From Mobula hypostoma (taxonomy: Eukaryota): 64,000 bases of DNA. Within the stretch, counting starts at the first letter, position 1; each line of letters begins with the position of its first letter. A model generated the notes under the pieces. The model saw only the letters and a list, made by a program, of their open reading frames with translations. It did no database searches and was not told where the DNA came from. The position numbers were made by a program, and so were the translations under genes. Where the stretch lies: the NCBI RefSeq assembly GCF_963921235.1, contig NC_086097.1, forward strand, positions 183,584,001 to 183,648,000, written 5' to 3'. Shown here one piece after another: positions 25,739-38,759 of this stretch.

Positions 25739-27178
25739 GTCACACCAAGAGAAAATCTGCAGATGCTGGAAATCTAAGTAATGCACACAAAATGCTGGAG
25801 GAACTCAGCAGGCCAGACAGCATCTATGGAAAATAGTACAGTCCACATTTTAAGCTGAGACCCTTCAGCAGGACTGGAGAAAAAAGATGAGGAGACAGAG
25901 TTAGAAGGGAGAGGAGGAAGAAGCACAAAGTGATAGGTGAAACAAGGAGAGGGGAAGGGTGGAGTAAAGAGCTGGAAAGTTGATTGGTGAAAGAGATACA
26001 GGGCTGGAGAAGGGGGAATCAAATAGAAGAAGACAGAAGACAACGGACAAAGGAAAAAGGGGGAGGAGCATCAGAGGGAGGCAATGGGAATGGCAAGGAG
26101 ATAGTGTGGTCTCATCGCAACGGTGGAGGAGGCCATGGATGGACATATTGGAATGAGAATGGGAAGTGGAATTAAAAATGAGTGACCACTGGGAGATCAT
26201 CTCTTCCATTTCACACACGTCTGCCCTCACCCCATCCTCCCACAACCCCACCAGAAACAGGGTTCCTCTTGTCCTCAACTACCACCCCACCAGCCTCTGT
26301 GTCCAGTACTTAAATCTCCATAACATCCACCATCTCCATCGGGATCCCACCACCAAGCACATCTTTCCCTTTCCCCACTTTCTGCTTTCTGCAGGGATCG
26401 CTTCCTACGCGACTCCCTTGTCTAGTCTTCCCTCCACACTGATCTCCCTCCTGGCAATTATCCTTGCAAGTGGAACAAATGCTACACCTGCCCCTACATC
26501 TCCCCCCTCAGCACCATCCAGGGCCCTAAACAGTCCTTCCAGGTGAGGCGACACTTCACCTGTTGGGGTCATCTATTGTATCTGGTGTTCCCGATGTGTC
26601 CTCTTGCATATCGGTGAGGCTCAACGTAGATTGGGAGACTGCTTCACTGAGCACCTACACTCCATCCACCAGAAAAAGCATGATCTCCAAGTGGCCACCC
26701 ATTTTAATTCCACTTCCCATTCCCGTTTGGACATGTCCATCCATGGCCTCCTCTACTGTCGCAACGAGGCCACGCTCAGATTGGAGGAGCAACATCTTAT
26801 ATTCCATCTGGGTAGCCTCCAACCTGATGGCATGAACATCAATTTCTTAAACTTCTGGTAATGCCTGCCCTCTCTATTCCCCATTCCCTTTTCCTTCTTT
26901 CATCTTATCTTCTTGCCTGTCCATTGCCTCCTTCTGGTGCCCTTTCTCCAGCCTTGTATCTCTTTCACCAATAAACTTCCCAGCTCTTTACCTCACCCCT
27001 CACCCACTTCTAGTTTCATGTATCATCTTGTGTCTCTTCCTCCCCTCCCTTCTAACTCTAACTCCTCATCTTTTTTTTCTCCAGTCCTGCTGAAGGGTCA
27101 TGGCCTGAAACGTTGACTGTACTCTTTTCCATAGATGCTGCTTGGCCTGCTGAGTTCCTCCAGCATTTTGTGTGTGTT
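25739..27178 (+). mobile_element. Penelope-like element family 1: GIY-YIG region plus pLTR, with inverted pLTR copy at the 5' side
   Basis: IYCIWCSRC.LLHIGEAQRRLGDCFTEH...EEQHLIFHLGSLQPDGMN. Segment ~25739-26195 is the reverse complement of the 3' part. Degenerate hammerhead at 27081-27119. Confidence 0.92.
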
Positions 27179-28680
27179 ATGTATTCCACATTCTTTAGGT
27201 AATTTGAGCAAGAATTCATTCAAACATATAACCTGTGCATATGGATCTGAGTGTGCATAATTATTATGCATCTCCTGATGAGTGGTATTCTGTTGAGGGT
27301 TGTCAAGGTTGGCAATAAAGACATTGTCACTAGGCCTGCACTGGATGGAGACTTTTCAGGCTTCGCTGGAGGTATGTCTCCCTATCACTTATAAAATATG
27401 GTAGCTGATAACTTCTTTCTATGTTTTTTGCTCCTTTGCTCTTTCGGACTCCATCTGGCTCCCGATGTGTTTCATTGTGCATCAGTTGCTGTCTTTGGTT
27501 TGCAAAATTGTACAGCATGAACACATCATAATGCAGTCTCTGAAACTACATTATTGGACCCAGACTTATATTGGGATGCCTGAAATTAACAACACTTCTG
27601 GGAGAAGGATAAGCACAGAATGTGCATGTGCCTGGTCTGCTTTTGCACTTAATGCAATTTCACCTGGGAATGATTGCTACTGCAATCTATCCCAGATAGA
27701 AAGGGGTTTTGTGTAGTTACAGTAGCATCTAAAAAATGAATGCAAGCTGATCTATTTTTGAGCTCATGAACGTTACGCCTGAGTTAACACAAATCAGCAC
27801 ACTCTTTTGTGGATATCAGCCATTACATCTGAGGCTTGTTTGGATGTGAGTGCCATTGGCAAAGCTTGCACTTGTTACCCATTGGTAGCTCTCTGAGAAC
27901 TAGCTTGTGAGCTAGATATTGGATCTTGAGAAAATTGGGTATTGCAAAACTTCCGGTAGTATGATGGCATGTTCAGATGCAGCAGTCTCTTGGAGGCCAA
28001 CCAATGGTGTTTTTTTCTTCGTTAAACGTCTTTTGAACAATTGCAAGACAATTCTGGACCCCAAGAACTTCAGGTACCGCAGGTCTACCCCATCAATCGG
28101 TGGAGCTGCATGGAGTGTTGGAGAAGGAGAGTGGGGTGTCAGAGAAGCTGGATGGGGTTTGGAGGAGTAGACCGTGTTATTGTCTGCTAGAGGAAGGATA
28201 TTGAAGGCATCGGAGTTGGTGTGCAAAGGTGGCGTGCAGTATAACCATGGGTGATTGTCTTGGACGTTTTTCTTGCAATTGCAACACCCTGTTGGACAGT
28301 AATAATATAAGATGCCACTGGCATGTTACCCTTGTTCGGCGGCATGACAGATGGTGGGGAAGCTGCATGTCCTCGGTTGCAGTGAGTCGCAGGCTTGCTT
28401 ACTGTTTCAGTCCAGGTGAAGTGACACCGGAGGTGGTGTAGTGTGGTGTCCATGCTTGGTTGGGGAGGGGAGGCTGGCCTGTTCTGTCAGTGCTGCCCTC
28501 TAGTGTCCGATTGGTGAAATGATAGGCTAGATTGCAGTGACTGCACACTGTCGAGAACTGCACCATTAATCTGTGGGACATATCGCTCAGGGATTTGGAC
28601 TACATATATGTTTTTTTCCCGTGACTTATGTTTTTTTTTTGCTCACTATTTTGATTCATGTGTTGTGTACGTTTTGCACC

Positions 28681-28872
28681 ATGGTGTATGGGTTGTCAGG
28701 GAGGGGTAGCACCTCTGGTGGGGGAACATGTCGCGTCCTTTTCAAGGTGGTTAGTCCACCTTTGGTCCCCACCTGGCACTCAGTTCTCACCTGTGGCTCC
28801 CTGTAGCTGTTTGCATGTGACAGCGGCCACACCCCAGGCAATGGCTTTGACAAGCCGGCTAAACCAGGTGAG
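28681..28872 (+). ncRNA. HDV-like ribozyme motif, copy 1 (CpG-decayed)
   Basis: P2 CTCACCTGT/ACCAGGTGAG, P3 GGC/GCC, L3 TCCCTGT plus hairpin, P1' ACACCCC, (A/G)GGCAA-P4-GGCTAA with catalytic-position C at 28859. Confidence 0.65.
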
Positions 28873-29240
28873 GGTAGCCGACGGGTCTCAAACCCTTGGT
28901 GAGATAGGGAGTTGTCTATCCCAGCATGTGAAGACAGACTCCGGCGGATTGAGCAGACGAGACCAATGGAAGGTCCAACGGTCAAGAAGGCGGTCTCGGC
29001 AAACGTCATGGAACATGTAGAGCAGGACAAGACACAGAAGACATCCTGGTCATCCACTGCGCCTTGTCCCATCTCCAGCCGTTTCAACTCTTGTCTTGCC
29101 ACTGGATCCAGATGGGCATTGGGAAGAGAGAGTGAGGCTGACGCTGCGCAACTCTCCCTCACTTAAATCCAAATCAAGCGCTAGTCTCGACACCATCAAT
29201 GGTGTCGAGGTCTTCATCGATGACAACGATGGACGAACAT
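28681..29240 (+). mobile_element. RTE-type non-autonomous retroposon, copy 1 (~0.55 kb)
   Basis: Near-identical to the reverse complement of 44753-45396. Flanking duplication GTTTTGCACC(A/T)TGG; (GAT/GAC)-rich tail. Confidence 0.8.
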
Positions 29241-32054
29241 GTTTTGCACCTTGGCCTCAGAGGAACATTGTTTCATTTAGCTGCTTCATGTCTGGTTGAA
29301 TAATAATTAAATTTGAATTTGATTTGAAAAGGAGTGCAGCAGCCTGGGCTCAGTTTCTTCAAGTTTCCTCCCAAATGTCTCTGAAAAAAAGACTGGTTTA
29401 ATTTGGTGCCAGATTCATAAGTCAAGCAGTGTTCGGGGAAAGGCTTGAAACCCTTGCATCTTTCTAATTCTTATATCACGATATCATGGATTACACATGT
29501 TTGTGAGGAAAACATAGAATGTTACCCCAGATTTTCATCTACGAAGCATGGACCACATTCCAAAATAGTCCTGCATGTGGCCTTCCATTTGTTTCATCCA
29601 AATCACTAAAAAGTAATTTTCTTTTCAACACACGTGTTAAAAACAGAATGCAAAGAAGCAATGATGTTCCTGGGCCCTTCGCACACCTACATACATAAGG
29701 GGTACCACAGTCACACTGAATTACAGACCTACCTGTGATACATCCAATCAAGATTGGAGCTTCTTAAAATGTGCCTTCTTAGCGGAAACTACTTCTCGGG
29801 TATCACACATTAACAAAGATACTTGACTGGTGTATCAGGAATAATCCATCATTGTCTTCCATGCCAGACCACCCAAAAAAAAGATTTTGATAGGGCTGTA
29901 CTGCATGGTTATTGGCATTACTACAGTGTGAGAGTATTGGGAGCAGAGGAACTCATATGATTCAAATTCCTGTTATATACATTGTGCATTAGGAACTGCT
30001 GATCATTTAGTGTTGAATTTTATGCTTCAATCACATATCACATAAGGAACATACAATTTGAAATAGAATATCTAGCCCATTATGACAAATGCTATAAAGA
30101 CACTTCAGCACTTGAAGGGTTAAGTCTCTGAAAACAATTGTCTCAAATATACATTTCTCATTTAGATGAATTAAATGTTAAACAATAGGCTTCCATAAAA
30201 TAAATATAATTTAAACCTCATGAGGTAAGTCTATTCAGCACATTCTCTTTAACAACAGTATGAACAGCCCTAAAATATTCATGCACAAATACAAATTATT
30301 ACAATAAATCAGCCCTGGATCATGCTTTGATGTCTGAATAAAGTTGCCAAATAAATTCAGTGGATTTTATTGTCTGTGTAATTTGTATCACAACAACAAC
30401 AAAAATCCAGCCTTTATGAAAGGAAAATTTGGGCATTGAAATGCATATAAAAGATTTATTCCTTCCCTCACAAATAAAATTTATTCATTGCAACCACCAG
30501 CCATCACACAGATGGTCAGAAAATTGGCTTTGTGCATGGTGATGTGGATTCCAGCATGAATATTAATATGAAACAGATGTAAACACATATTAATATGCAT
30601 TTGCCTTACATGCCCTGACTGTAAAATTCACTTATTAAAGAAAGTCCACTGGAAAATTAGAAAGTATAAAATAATAGTAATTAAAAATAATAAATAAATA
30701 ATGGGGCACTTTAGGATTCTAAGACTCAGCCACATGCAGACAAAAGCACATATCTTTGTTTTGAAGCTCATTCTTTTTAAAGTGTATAATGTAAAGTCAC
30801 AACGTGAACCCGAGAAATGCATTGTCGTACTGAAAATTAAAAGCAGTTAGGAAAGAAAGTATTAAATCAAGAGCCATAAAATCAAAAGGTTTATGGCAGC
30901 CTTAACACAGTAGGACTGAATTATCATGTTAATTTAATTTCCATTCCCAAATGAACCAGAAGGCACAATAAAGGTCAATTAACTAAGTACCTTCATGCTT
31001 TCATTTCTGTTTATTGCTTCACTTAAATCAAAGGCAGACGCCGAGAAGACAAACTTCATCTGTTATCTTGTGAGCTTCTTGCAGAAGGAGAACCAAAGCC
31101 ATCCCTCCATAATGCATTGATGAGATGAAAATTCAGGAGATGGCAGACTGGCATAATTTTATTCCCCAGAGGAAAAGTAACATTGTTTAATGTCTTGAAT
31201 TTGAAGGTCTTTTGTAGCTTAGAGCAAAAACAACACATTTTTGTCACAGAAATAAACATTTTCTGGATTATTTTATTGTTATTGTCAACTTAATAGTAAA
31301 TAGTTTTGAAATAATTTTAATTAAAAGTATGTTTTTAGACATGGTGAAGACTTAAGTTGAACAATTTATAATTCACAGCTACTGGGGATGATTTATGAAA
31401 GATAATTTAAAACAACATGCCAAATAGTTCAACTCAGCAGCATAATCTATTGCACTCATAGGTTTATAGTTTTATTTGAAAATTAAATATGGTGAGGTTT
31501 ATTTGTATAATAAATTCTAAAACCAAGTTCAACCTCTTTGGTAAAGAGAAGGAGAGATGCAGCTACTGATGGTATATCTGACCTATTCAACATACTTCAA
31601 ATTTACTCTTTTGTTTAGAATCAAAACTAAGAGTTTAAATTATGGCATCCAAATATGTTGGCTATTGCCAATGTTTATGTCTACCAACTGCTGGCAATTT
31701 TTGAGTCAATCATTTTAGTTCATACACTGCAAAAAATGAAAAAAAATTATTGCTAATGCTATAGCAATAAAGCTGTTGAAGCATCAGAAATGGTTTATTG
31801 TTGTATTAGTAAATCTCAGAACTAACAGAGTCTTAAGTAAAATATGAAAAATTAACTTAGCAGTGTACTTCATTACATCCTCTTCCTTTTGGCCCTTTTG
31901 ATCTGTCTTTTTCTTTGAAGTTTATAAACAAAGCTTCTATTTCCTTCTACTTATCGTTATCAAGTAAAGCTTAACACTTGCCTTAGTTTTACAGACTTAT
32001 GTTTTTACATAAAAATATAAATTTGAAAGTCAGTGAACATAACAAAGGTTCAGA

Positions 32055-32330
32055 TTGGGTTAGCACAGCTCTCACAATCTTGGTTCATTGCTGACTTTGG
32101 ATGCAATATGGAATTTGCTCAGTATCTTTGTGATGCATGGGTTTCCTCCAGGTGCTCTTGTTTCCTGAAGCATCTGAAAGATCTCATGCCTGATAGGTTA
32201 ATAGACCTGTAAATCACCCCATTTGTTATAGAACAGGTTATAATGAAACAAGCGGGGAAAATGGATTGAATGGATTGGTGCTTAAACCAGTATAGACTAG
32301 TCGGGCTGAATACATCTGTGGTGTAAGGAA
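32055..32330 (+). mobile_element. Decayed V-SINE (HE1-like)
   Basis: TGGAATTTGC...GCATGGGTTTCCTCCAGGTGCTCTTGTTTCCT matches the V-domain consensus. Confidence 0.7.
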
Positions 32331-33278
32331 ATATGAAACACTATAATAGGAAACTGTAAACTTAGTTCTGATAGTGAAAAAGTGTGACTGAATAATTTGA
32401 TATTAATTATTTTAAAACTATTCAACTCGGAAATAAGGCAATGCAAATGTCATCTATTATTAGGCAATCAACAATAAAATCTACGTCTTGCCTAACCGGG
32501 TGTCTCGGTTTCTTATGAATGTGATGCCTTAACTTGTTGAGGAAAATTCTTTGATAAATTATTTCCTGCTTCCTAAAATGCTGTTGATATCACGCATTTT
32601 AGAAAGTGATTCCTTTTAAGCAAGAAATGCTAGAAGGAATCAACCTCGGTTATGATTCTGGTTAAGGAACATCCTTATGCTTAAATAGTCTGCAGTGATT
32701 ACTCCTATATAGATGGTTAAATTTGTACCTAGGCCAAGGTGGATAAGCTTAAGCAAGTATGCATGATCAATAGGAAATGAAGTTCGGATAAGATTAAACA
32801 CTTTTAATGCAAACTGCACACGGGAGCAAAATGAGGAATGTATGAAATCCAGGCATGCCAATTTCTTCAACAATGAAACTAAAAGAGACATTGGTGTGCT
32901 TTGTAGATTGCATATCAGACTGCAGTTGTAAATAAAACAAATTGTGTCGCCAGATTAGGTAAAGTGTAATCCTCAAAGGCTAATATTAATGGATTCAAGA
33001 GCCCTGTGAAGTTATACTAAGGTAAAAGATATACAAGGACGCCTGAAATGATAGTAACATTCAGCGGATCAAACAGTATCAGTGAAGGGAAAAATACAGA
33101 CACAAGAGATTCTGCAGACGCTGAAAATATTGAGTAACAAACGAGATGCTGGAGGAACCCTAAATTCAAGTATGGATTTTTAGTATCAGGTTATAGTAGT
33201 GAGGACGGCTCTATGTCCTCAAAAATCACATAATACAGTTAAATGAATAGATAAAATTGTCATCTTCACAGTTACATA

Positions 33279-33764
33279 CGAGGGGTGATTGATAAATTCG
33301 TGGCCTAAGGTAGAAGGAGTCAATTTTAGAAAACCTAGCACATTTATTTTTCCTACATTTACACACTTAGTCCAGCGGTTGTGGAGCATACGGATCCCTT
33401 CTTTGTAGAAGTCGGCATCTTGGACCTCCAGAAGTGGTCCATGGCAGGGGTGATTGATAAGTTCGTGGCCTAAGGTAGAAGGAGATGAGTTATTAACTTC
33501 AAACTTTCTGCATTATCACTCAAAGAGTTGAACTGCATGTGCATGTAACAAGAGCTATATAACTCATCTCCTTCTATCTTAGGCCACAAACTTATCAATC
33601 ACCCCTGCTGTGGACCACTTCTACAAAGAAGGGATCCGTATGCTCCACAACTGCTGGAATAAGTGTGTACATGTAGGAGGGGACTATGTTGAAAAATAAA
33701 TGTGCTAGGTTTACTAAAATTGACTCCTTCTACCTTAGGGCATGAACTTATCAATCACCCCTCA
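33279..33764. mobile_element. Mariner-type MITE, near-complete palindrome with internal TIR copies
   Basis: TA|CGAGGGGTGATTGATAA...TTATCAATCACCCCTCA|TA, with a second inverted TIR-like pair at ~33446-33485 and ~33565-33606. Confidence 0.92.
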
Positions 33765-33984
33765 TATACGCACAGGTGCAATGCACAGCTTACAGGAACA
33801 TCACAGGTACATTGAAGACACATCAGTCAGAAGAAGAACATAAATTATACCAGAAAGAACACAACTAGAGCAAAATAACAAAGTTCATTGTAGTGAAAAG
33901 TGGTTGTAGTTTTGCTGTAATGAGGTAGTGATTAAGGTTGTGCAGGCTGGTTCAAGAACTGTATAATGGTTAATACAAGTGGCA

Positions 33985-34690
33985 TCATTTTAAAGTGATT
34001 GGAGGAAAGAATACAGGATAGGTTTTTTACAGAGAGTGGTAGGTGTGTGGAACGCGCTGCCAGGAGTGGTGTTGGGGATACTTAAGAGACTCTTAGGTGT
34101 GTGGATAAGAGAGAAAAAAATGAAAGGCAATGTGGGAGGGAAGGGAAGGATCTTAGAGTAGGCTAGAAGGTTGGCACAACATCATGGAGTGAAGGGCCTG
34201 TATTGTACTGTTTTATTTCTAACTGAGTGGGTGAAGAGAAGTGATTGTTCTTGAACCTAGCGTTGTGGGCAAGCTTCATGCCTAAAAGAAGATGCCATGG
34301 CCTGGATCTGTTTTGATAGATGTTGAGTTTTGAGATAGTTTCTCATGTAGAGAGCAAGCAGAGATGTACCAGTGATTTATTGGGCTGATACCACTGCTCT
34401 CTGCTGCTTCTCACGTTCTTGCACATTCGAGTTGCCAAAGCAGACCATGATGCAGCCCGCAGCCAGTCATGATATATTCAACAGGACACCTGTAGATGTT
34501 TGTTCGGGTATTCACTGATATGCCAAACCACCTTAACTTCAGAAAGTAAAGACGCTGGCAAGCCTTCCTTACGATTGCATCGATGTGCTGACCCGATGAA
34601 CTTAGAGCTGTCATCGTCAATTCACCAACGTAGACTGTCGCATGTTCACCCTCCCGTCCCCTTCCTGAGCTCAATTAGTTCCTTAGTTCC
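33985..34690. mobile_element. CR1 3' end (+, ~33985-34220) and Rex1 fragment (-, ~34230-34690)
   Basis: TTTTTACAGAGAGTGGTAGGTGTGTGGAAC (CR1 3' region); HIDAIVRKACQRLYFL (Rex1 C-terminal region). Confidence 0.75.
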
Positions 34691-35004
34691 TGAGTTCCTT
34701 AGTTTCGGCAGCCAAAGTACATAATAAATGGACCAGAGCCAAATAAATCCAGAAAGTAAATGATGTAGGAAGGATGGGCTTTAGTTTAAAGGATGATGAC
34801 TAAGCACAAAGACTGGAAAGAGCTGCATTACTGGGAAAAGCTGAACATGAACTCATCTGGAACTGCGTACAAGTGGAAAGGAAATTGAGCACTAAACGAG
34901 AAAGGTAGTGGCTGGGCACTCATAACCATAACCTAAAAAAAATATAGTTCAGAGACCAAAGTTGAGAATACTAAAAGAAAAGAAAGTAACATCCAGAAAA
35001 AGAT

Positions 35005-37210
35005 GTTCATCTTTTTTCTATACCAACACTGGTGGAGCCTACGAGGCTATGCCCCATGCTCACCTCAGATGCTCTGACCACACTTCCATTTTGCTAATTT
35101 TTGCACACAGACCACTGGTTAAACAAGGCAAATCAGTTCACAGGGAGATCGGGGCCTGGCCAGAAGGTGCCACTTCAGTGCTGCAGGACTGCCTCGAGAG
35201 CACGGAGACAGGAGCACGGATTCAGGGAGGCAACTACCTACGATCATCATGTCAACATTGATGGGAATGCGGGATTGGCGAATTGCTACTTAGGAAAGTG
35301 CATTGAGGACATTGCTGTCATTAAACTCTACACTGCCAGAGCAAATCAGAAACCATGGCTGATTGCAGAGGTTCTTGTGCTGCTTGGGGATCAGGATGCT
35401 GCCTTCAGATTGGGTCCAGGAGGACTCCCAGGTCATCAAAAGTTGCACTCTCCCATGCCATCAGGAAGGCAAAGCATGAGTATACACAGAAAATCCACAG
35501 ATATCTTTGAGACAGCAGTGAAATGCAGCATATGTGGCAATGTGTACAAACCTAGCCAATAACGTCCACCTTGCGTGTCAACGACAGCGACACCTCCCTT
35601 CCTGATAGGCTGAATGACCAATCGAATGATGAGACATTGAAGAAAGCTCCCTCTCAGCCTGAGGAACAGGCACCCTGTCTGGCCACAGCTGCGGTGAGGA
35701 GAACCCTAGTCAGAGTTAACCCACACAAAGCTTCAAAGCCGATTAACGTACCAGGTGTGCCTCAGCTGACAGCAGCCTTAATGGACACCTCTGAAACAGT
35801 TCACTGTCCCTGCAGGCCTCAAGGCAGCCACCATCATTTTGGTGCCCAAGAGAGCAACAGTAACTGGCCTCAATGATTGCTGCCCAGTGGCACTGGCAAC
35901 CTGACAATCATGAAGTGCTTTGACTGGCTGGCAATAGGTCGTATAAAGTCCCACCTTCCAGCTTCATTGGATTCTTTCCAGTTCACCTACCGCTCAAACT
36001 GACCCAGTAATGATGCCATAGCCTCAGCCCTCCACTCCATACTGTTCCACCTAGAAAACGATGCCTTGTATACCAGGATGTTATTCATCAACTTCAGCTC
36101 AGCATTGAACATGATCATCTTTCAGAAAGTGGTGGATAAACTGTCCTTGTTGGGACTCAACACCCCTCTCTGTCACTGGATCTTGGACTTCTTGATGGGA
36201 AGACCCCAGTCAGTCCAAGTTGACAGCAACACCTCAAGCTCTGTCAGCGTGATCACTGGTGTCCCACAGGGTAGTGTGCTCAGTCAGCAGCTGTTCACTC
36301 TGCTGACTCATGACTGCACTGCCAGGTTCATCCTAAACCACAGTGGATGGCCTCATCAGCAACAACGATGAGTTGGCATACAGAAGGGAGGTAGAGGGGC
36401 TTGTCAAATGGTGCATGAACAGCAATCTGCATCTCAATGTTGTCAAGGCCAAAGAGATGATTGCGGACTTCAGGAAGGGACAGGTCAACCGCTCTCCATT
36501 GCAAGTCAATGGCTCTGCCGTGGAGAGAGTGAAGAGCACAAAGTTTCTCGCTGTGCACCTAACGGACAATCTAACCTGGACCCAAAACATCACCTCACTA
36601 GTCAAGAAGGTACAGCATCATCTACACTTTCTGAGGAGATTGAGACACGCAAGGCTTCCTGCCCCCATTCTACAGGAGCACCATGGAGACTGTCCTGTCT
36701 GGCTGCATCATTGTGTGGAACGCAAACTGGCGTTAGACCGTAAGACCCTACAGAGCACCGAGAAAAACTCTGAGGGGATCACTGGGGTCTCCCTCCCCAC
36801 TATTTGTGACATCTAATGGGAGTATTGCACCCGAAGGGCCTGAAACGTTGTTGAGGTTCCCTACCACCCATCCCACAATCTCTTTGATCCTCTACTGTCA
36901 GGAAGGAGGTGCAGGAATACCAGCACTAGGACCACCAGACTGAGTGACAGCTTTTTCCCTCAGGCTGTGAGACTAATGAATACCCAGCTGCCACTGAGGT
37001 CTTGTCACTAGGACAGTGAGCTGTTCACTGTTTACCTGCACTGCACTTTACTACATCCATTTTGAATTACATTTTACCAACTTATTCATAGTATAATATT
37101 TTGGTTTACGTGCTGTGTGTGATATATATTGTGTGGGTGCACTGTAGTCCAGAGAAATGTTTTGTTTGGTTGTAGAACAGTCAGATGACAATAAACTTCA
37201 ATTTAAACTT
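35005..37210 (+). mobile_element. Rex1/Babar LINE, 5'-truncated ORF2 (end of endonuclease plus RT) with 3' end
   Basis: [66 protein letters not shown]; ends GATGACAATAAACTT. Confidence 0.93.
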
Positions 37211-38759
37211 AAATGTTACTGCATTTGAAAATGAGCATTAAGAAAGGTAATATCTTGGGTTTGGTGTTCAAGTCAGAGTATCTACATGGCTGGGAGAAAT
37301 AGGAACACATAGCTGATTTGTATTTCTGCATTATAAGATTTAATTTATGATTCGAACTGGAGATGCATTTACGAAGATCAGCTTCTGAGATGAAAACAGG
37401 CCCAGTAATTGTTAAGTAGGCGGGTGAACTTGATATGGATTGCACTAGCTCGTGATTAAAGTAGGACCCTTTCACCCCAGTTTGTGAGGTTGGCTGCCTT
37501 ATCAGGGGAAAAGAGTACATGGAGAAGTTGCATTGCTTCATGGGAGCTCAGAAAGATGCTCAACAAAAAGATGTAACTCAGCGCAGAACAGTAAACAACC
37601 TGAGCCTTGCTACTGTTTCTGAACAATCTCAGCTGCCCTTCCATCATTCACCTCCAACCCTCGTGGTCAGGATTATTTCACACTTCTGCCTACAAACACG
37701 GCTTCTTTTTCTATTATTGTAGAACAGCACAAAGCACTGGCAGGAGGGAGACTTATTCGAGCACTTGTATCCAGAATAATTTTGTCTAACCTTCTTAACA
37801 CAATGGAGATAGTATTCTGAATCTGAAAACAAGATGCATAATTTAAGAATGGGGCAGGACAGTGAATTATCTGCTACCTCCATGCATAGGAGAAATAATG
37901 AGTGGTGGAGCCAAGACTTGTGAGTAGCTAAGATAACATTTTCTTCTGCATGGAATGCACATGAGTGCTCCAACAATTTGCATGTTTGCATTCACAGGGT
38001 ATATTTTACAGCTGGTGGATCCAGCAAGCGATGGCCAGGAAATTGTGCAGAGAATCTTATTGTCACATTCCTGTCTGAATTACAGCCCTTCCATGGACTT
38101 TATTATCATATCTAAAATGATGGCAATGGAATTACAAATCTTATTTCCAGCTTTTTTTTATGGTAGATATGCTCTGTATTCAGCTCACTCATGGAAAAAT
38201 ATGTAATGAATGTTAGACCATGTGAAACTAAAACAGATATGATCCTACTAACCAATTACACCTGCCCTGCCATCAAACGGATCATGGTGATCAGATCATG
38301 AACTGAGCTATACTTTTCTGAAAGCTCAAAATATTCTTCTTTTTCAGAAATGTAAGAGTTGGATAATTATTGTTATTAGCATTCAATTATTAGGCTTCTG
38401 AAGGCTGGGTTTTTGATCGTTCACCTTTTAGCTGCATTTTCATTTGCAGCATATTTAATTGTTAAATTCAATGTTGTCATGTCTTCATCTCCTCTGATTT
38501 GATGTTTCTTTTAGCCCTTTCATACCAGATACTCTGCAATTCGGACAGTCCCCACCTTCTGTGTTTCCTTTGCCCAGTCTTTCAAGTGAGCTTCATTCCA
38601 GGCCACCAGGCAGAGATTCTTTTTCCCTAAGTTACATCATTTGCGCATTTTATTCTGTGTCTCCGTCAGCTCTTCTTGATTCTTGGATTGTACCATTTAA
38701 AGAATTTAATAGACGTCTTGAAGGCCAACTAGATATTAGCGGTAGAAAACAAGCATAGT

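Larger units (their letters stand above)
27945..29330 (+). mobile_element. Non-coding retroposon-like element (host of the 28681-29240 insertion)
   Basis: Starts ACTTCCGGTAG...GATGGC and ends AATAATTAAATTTGAATTTGATTTGA, similar to Rex1-type 3' ends in this window. Confidence 0.45.

Noticed and set aside
28656..29166. Protein-coding ORFs (168 aa here; 207 aa at 44754-45377)
   Set aside because: GC-rich non-coding retroposon sequence; frames are not conserved between the two copies and there are no protein motifs.
30165..30230. Plus-strand exon (TTTAG...GAG|GTAAGT)
   Set aside because: Stops in all three frames and no supporting neighbours.
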